A stretch of 64,000 bases of DNA from Octopus sinensis (lineage: Eukaryota). The notes beneath the pieces were generated by a model. That model was given only the letters and a program-made list of their open reading frames with translations, searched no databases and was not told where the DNA came from. How positions within the stretch are numbered: the stretch's first letter is position 1; each line of letters begins with the position of its first letter. The stretch lies in assembly GCF_006345805.1 (NCBI RefSeq), contig NC_043007.1:10106001-10170000 (forward strand), written 5' to 3'. Positions 61,873 through 64,000 of this stretch are shown here, in pieces. A program made the translations under genes and the position numbers.

Positions 61873-62896
61873 GGGGAAATTTCGAACCTGGGTTCTCATT
61901 CTTAAGCTACTTTCCGATGTTGTTGTTATTATTATTATTATTATTCAGGTCACTTTCTGGAATCAAACTTGGAATCTTGGGGTTAGTAGCCCGCGCTCTT
62001 AACCACTATGCCATATGCCCGTGTTCAATTATGGAGTGAATTTTATGGCTTATAAATCTAATAATTTCCTATCCTTCCTTAATAATGGTTCCCATATGCT
62101 ACTCATATCTGCACTCGGTCTGCTTAGGAGATTGTTGTGTCCTAGCATATGTGCTGCTTCTTTTAGTTTTTGTATTTTCCAGTGGTGTTCTCTGTCTATT
62201 ATTTTAACTTCATCCTACGGGGGAAGTGGTCTCCATTTTTCCATACATAATCAGCTATATCCGATTTATCAATACCTCCCCGTGTCACAGCTTTGCGATG
62301 TTCCTCTACCCTTATTTTGAGAGGGCGGCATGTTTCACTTTGTATAACCTACCGCAGCTGCAAGTGATGGAGTACATGCAGTTTTGGGTCGTATTCTCTT
62401 CTATTGGTGGTTTTACCCGAAGGAGATATTTGCAAAGTGTTGTATTACTCTTGAATACTGTCCTGATGTCATATGGGCCGTATATCTTTTGTATCTTTTC
62501 GGAGAGGCCTTTCAAATAGGGTAGACAGACTGTAGACAGTTTATTGGTTTCATCCTCTCTTTTCTTCATAATTGGAGTAGATAGTATGTTTTTGGGGTAG
62601 TTGTTGCTCAATAAATTGTTACTGAGCTTGATCATTTCTTCGTGGTGCATATCACGATCGCTACTTATATTCTTTGCTCGATGTTTTAGGCACTGAGCAA
62701 TTCCTCTCTTTACACTGTATGGATTGTGGGAATTGAAGTTAGGGTATTGTCCAGTGAAGGCCAGCTTGCGTATTCAGATGTCCTGAATCCATACTTGGTG
62801 CGTGTTATTAATACGTCCAGGAATGCTAGCAGTATTAAGGAGAGATAGGAAATTATTAGATTTATAAGCCCTAAAATTCACTCCATAGTTGCCCAT

Positions 62897-62970
62897 GGGC
62901 ATATAGTGTAGCGGTTAAGAGTGCAGGCTACTAATCCCAAGATTCCGAGTTCGATTCCAGGCAGTGACCT
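62897..62970 (+). promoter_or_regulatory. tRNA-like Pol III internal promoter module in the pseudo-LTR (second copy 61947-62020, minus strand)
   Basis: A-box TGGCATAGTGG (minus copy) or TAGTGTAGCGG, B-box GAGTTCGATTCC, anticodon-like loop CT-ACT-AA; followed by (AAT)n. Confidence 0.55.
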
Positions 62971-63949
62971 GAATAATAATAATAATAATAATAACAAAAT
63001 CGAAAAATACCTTAAGAATGAGAACCCAGGTTTGAAATTTTCCCAAGACGCCTGATGAGCCAAAGCATTGTGCTAACAACAAACAAAATGAGGACAAATA
63101 TAAATAATGTATATATACTCATCTAAAATATAGCATTTCTGAAACAGAGCTTAGCCACCAGAGAGATACAATGCACACATGCTCCCCATTCTGTAATGAT
63201 AAAGAGAAAAGGGTAGAGGTCATACTACCTTCATGTGAAAATATGTAGGGGCTACATCAACAGCAGGTGGTTAAAGGATTGTTATGAGTTAGTAGGTATA
63301 TAATGATGCTGAAAGTGACAGGGAAATTGTTTGTTTTAACATTAGAATATCTATCGAGGATCGAGTATTGTAGTATTAAATTTTTTATAAAAAATCATTT
63401 ACTTTCTGTATTTAATAATAAACATTTATAGTTTTAGGCAGGTTAGGAACAATTTTTATTGTCTACCTAGAAGGCAAGTGACTGATGTGTGCGTGTATGA
63501 GAGAATATAAGCTTCTTTACGACAGTCAAATTACTGCCTATGTGTACATAAGTTTGAGAGACAAATTTTTGAGGATTTAAAATACAATATATGTCATCAT
63601 TATTCAACATCTATTTTCCATGGTGGCATGAGTTGGAATATATACATGTGTGTATGTGTGTGTGTGTACATATATATAATAATAATATAAATAATATATA
63701 AATATATGCATATATACAGACATATATGTACATACTTACATATATATGTATATATACATGCATATATGGGTACAGGACATCAAAAAAACGTTGAACATGA
63801 AAACAAAAACAGAGAAACAAATTTTTTTCGAACAACGAAAAAAACAAACAGAGAAACGAGACATACAACATAAAGAATATTCCCCTTCTTCAGTTGTCCC
63901 TGTTTCATCTACTCCGCGTTTTGAAGATATATATGTATGTATATATATA

Positions 63950-64000
63950 TCTATATATATATAAAAGAAAAGTTGTGTGGTGTCTGTCTCCTACGATTTA
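63950..64000 (+). mobile_element. 5' end of a Helitron of the same family (cut by window edge)
   Basis: a|tctatatatatataaaagaaaagttgtgtggtgtctgtctcctacgattta matches the 5' end of the other copies. Confidence 0.75.

Larger units (their letters stand above)
61775..63058 (-). mobile_element. 5'-truncated Penelope-like element: RT thumb and GIY-YIG remnant with an inverted copy of its 3' pseudo-LTR
   Basis: The minus strand encodes FLDVLI, FTGQY.NFNSHNPYSVKRGIAQCL, CLPYLKGLSEKI and CMYSITCSCG, with frameshifts. 62830-63058 (+) is a diverged reverse complement of ~61860-62085. Confidence 0.88.

Noticed and set aside
63229-63308. Candidate upstream ATRIP exon (tttcag acceptor, AAG|gtagta donor on the minus strand)
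   Set aside because: Stop codons in all three frames.
63850-63925. CTGAAGA on the minus strand suggesting a second hammerhead
   Set aside because: No stem II followed by GAAA could be found at the required spacing.

Overview
AT-rich, intron-containing animal genomic DNA. The repeat families look like those of octopus or another coleoid cephalopod; this is recognition from memory, not a database result. Four protein-coding genes are supported. (1) A C2H2 zinc-finger gene of the ZFP91/ZNF653/ZNF692/ZNF276 type ends in one giant ~6 kb terminal exon (1737-7705, +). (2) TRMT10C/MRPP1 has 3 coding exons (-, 377 aa). (3) TXNL4B/Dim2 has 3 coding exons (+, 150 aa) and lies head-to-head with TRMT10C. 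(4) The last five coding exons of ATRIP (-) converge on TXNL4B. Most of the rest is repeat-derived: four SINE-like families, RTE and CR1 LINE 3' fragments, non-autonomous Helitrons, piggyBac-, pogo-, mariner- and Merlin-like MITEs, a Penelope-like element, a 3.2 kb 28-bp satellite and a five-unit tandem array of mariner MITEs. The strongest candidate for an undescribed system is the Penelope-like terminal repeat, which combines a tRNA-like Pol III A/B-box module, an (AAT)n tract and a hammerhead ribozyme core. Other highlights are the mariner-MITE satellite, a CpG-rich Merlin-like MITE duplication and a long palindrome in the divergent promoter region, a multi-switch templated insertion and a SINE-mediated 1.8 kb tandem duplication. 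Nearly all short ORFs in the supplied track are repeat artefacts. Exon boundaries were counted by hand; TE boundaries are approximate unless termini or TSDs are quoted.
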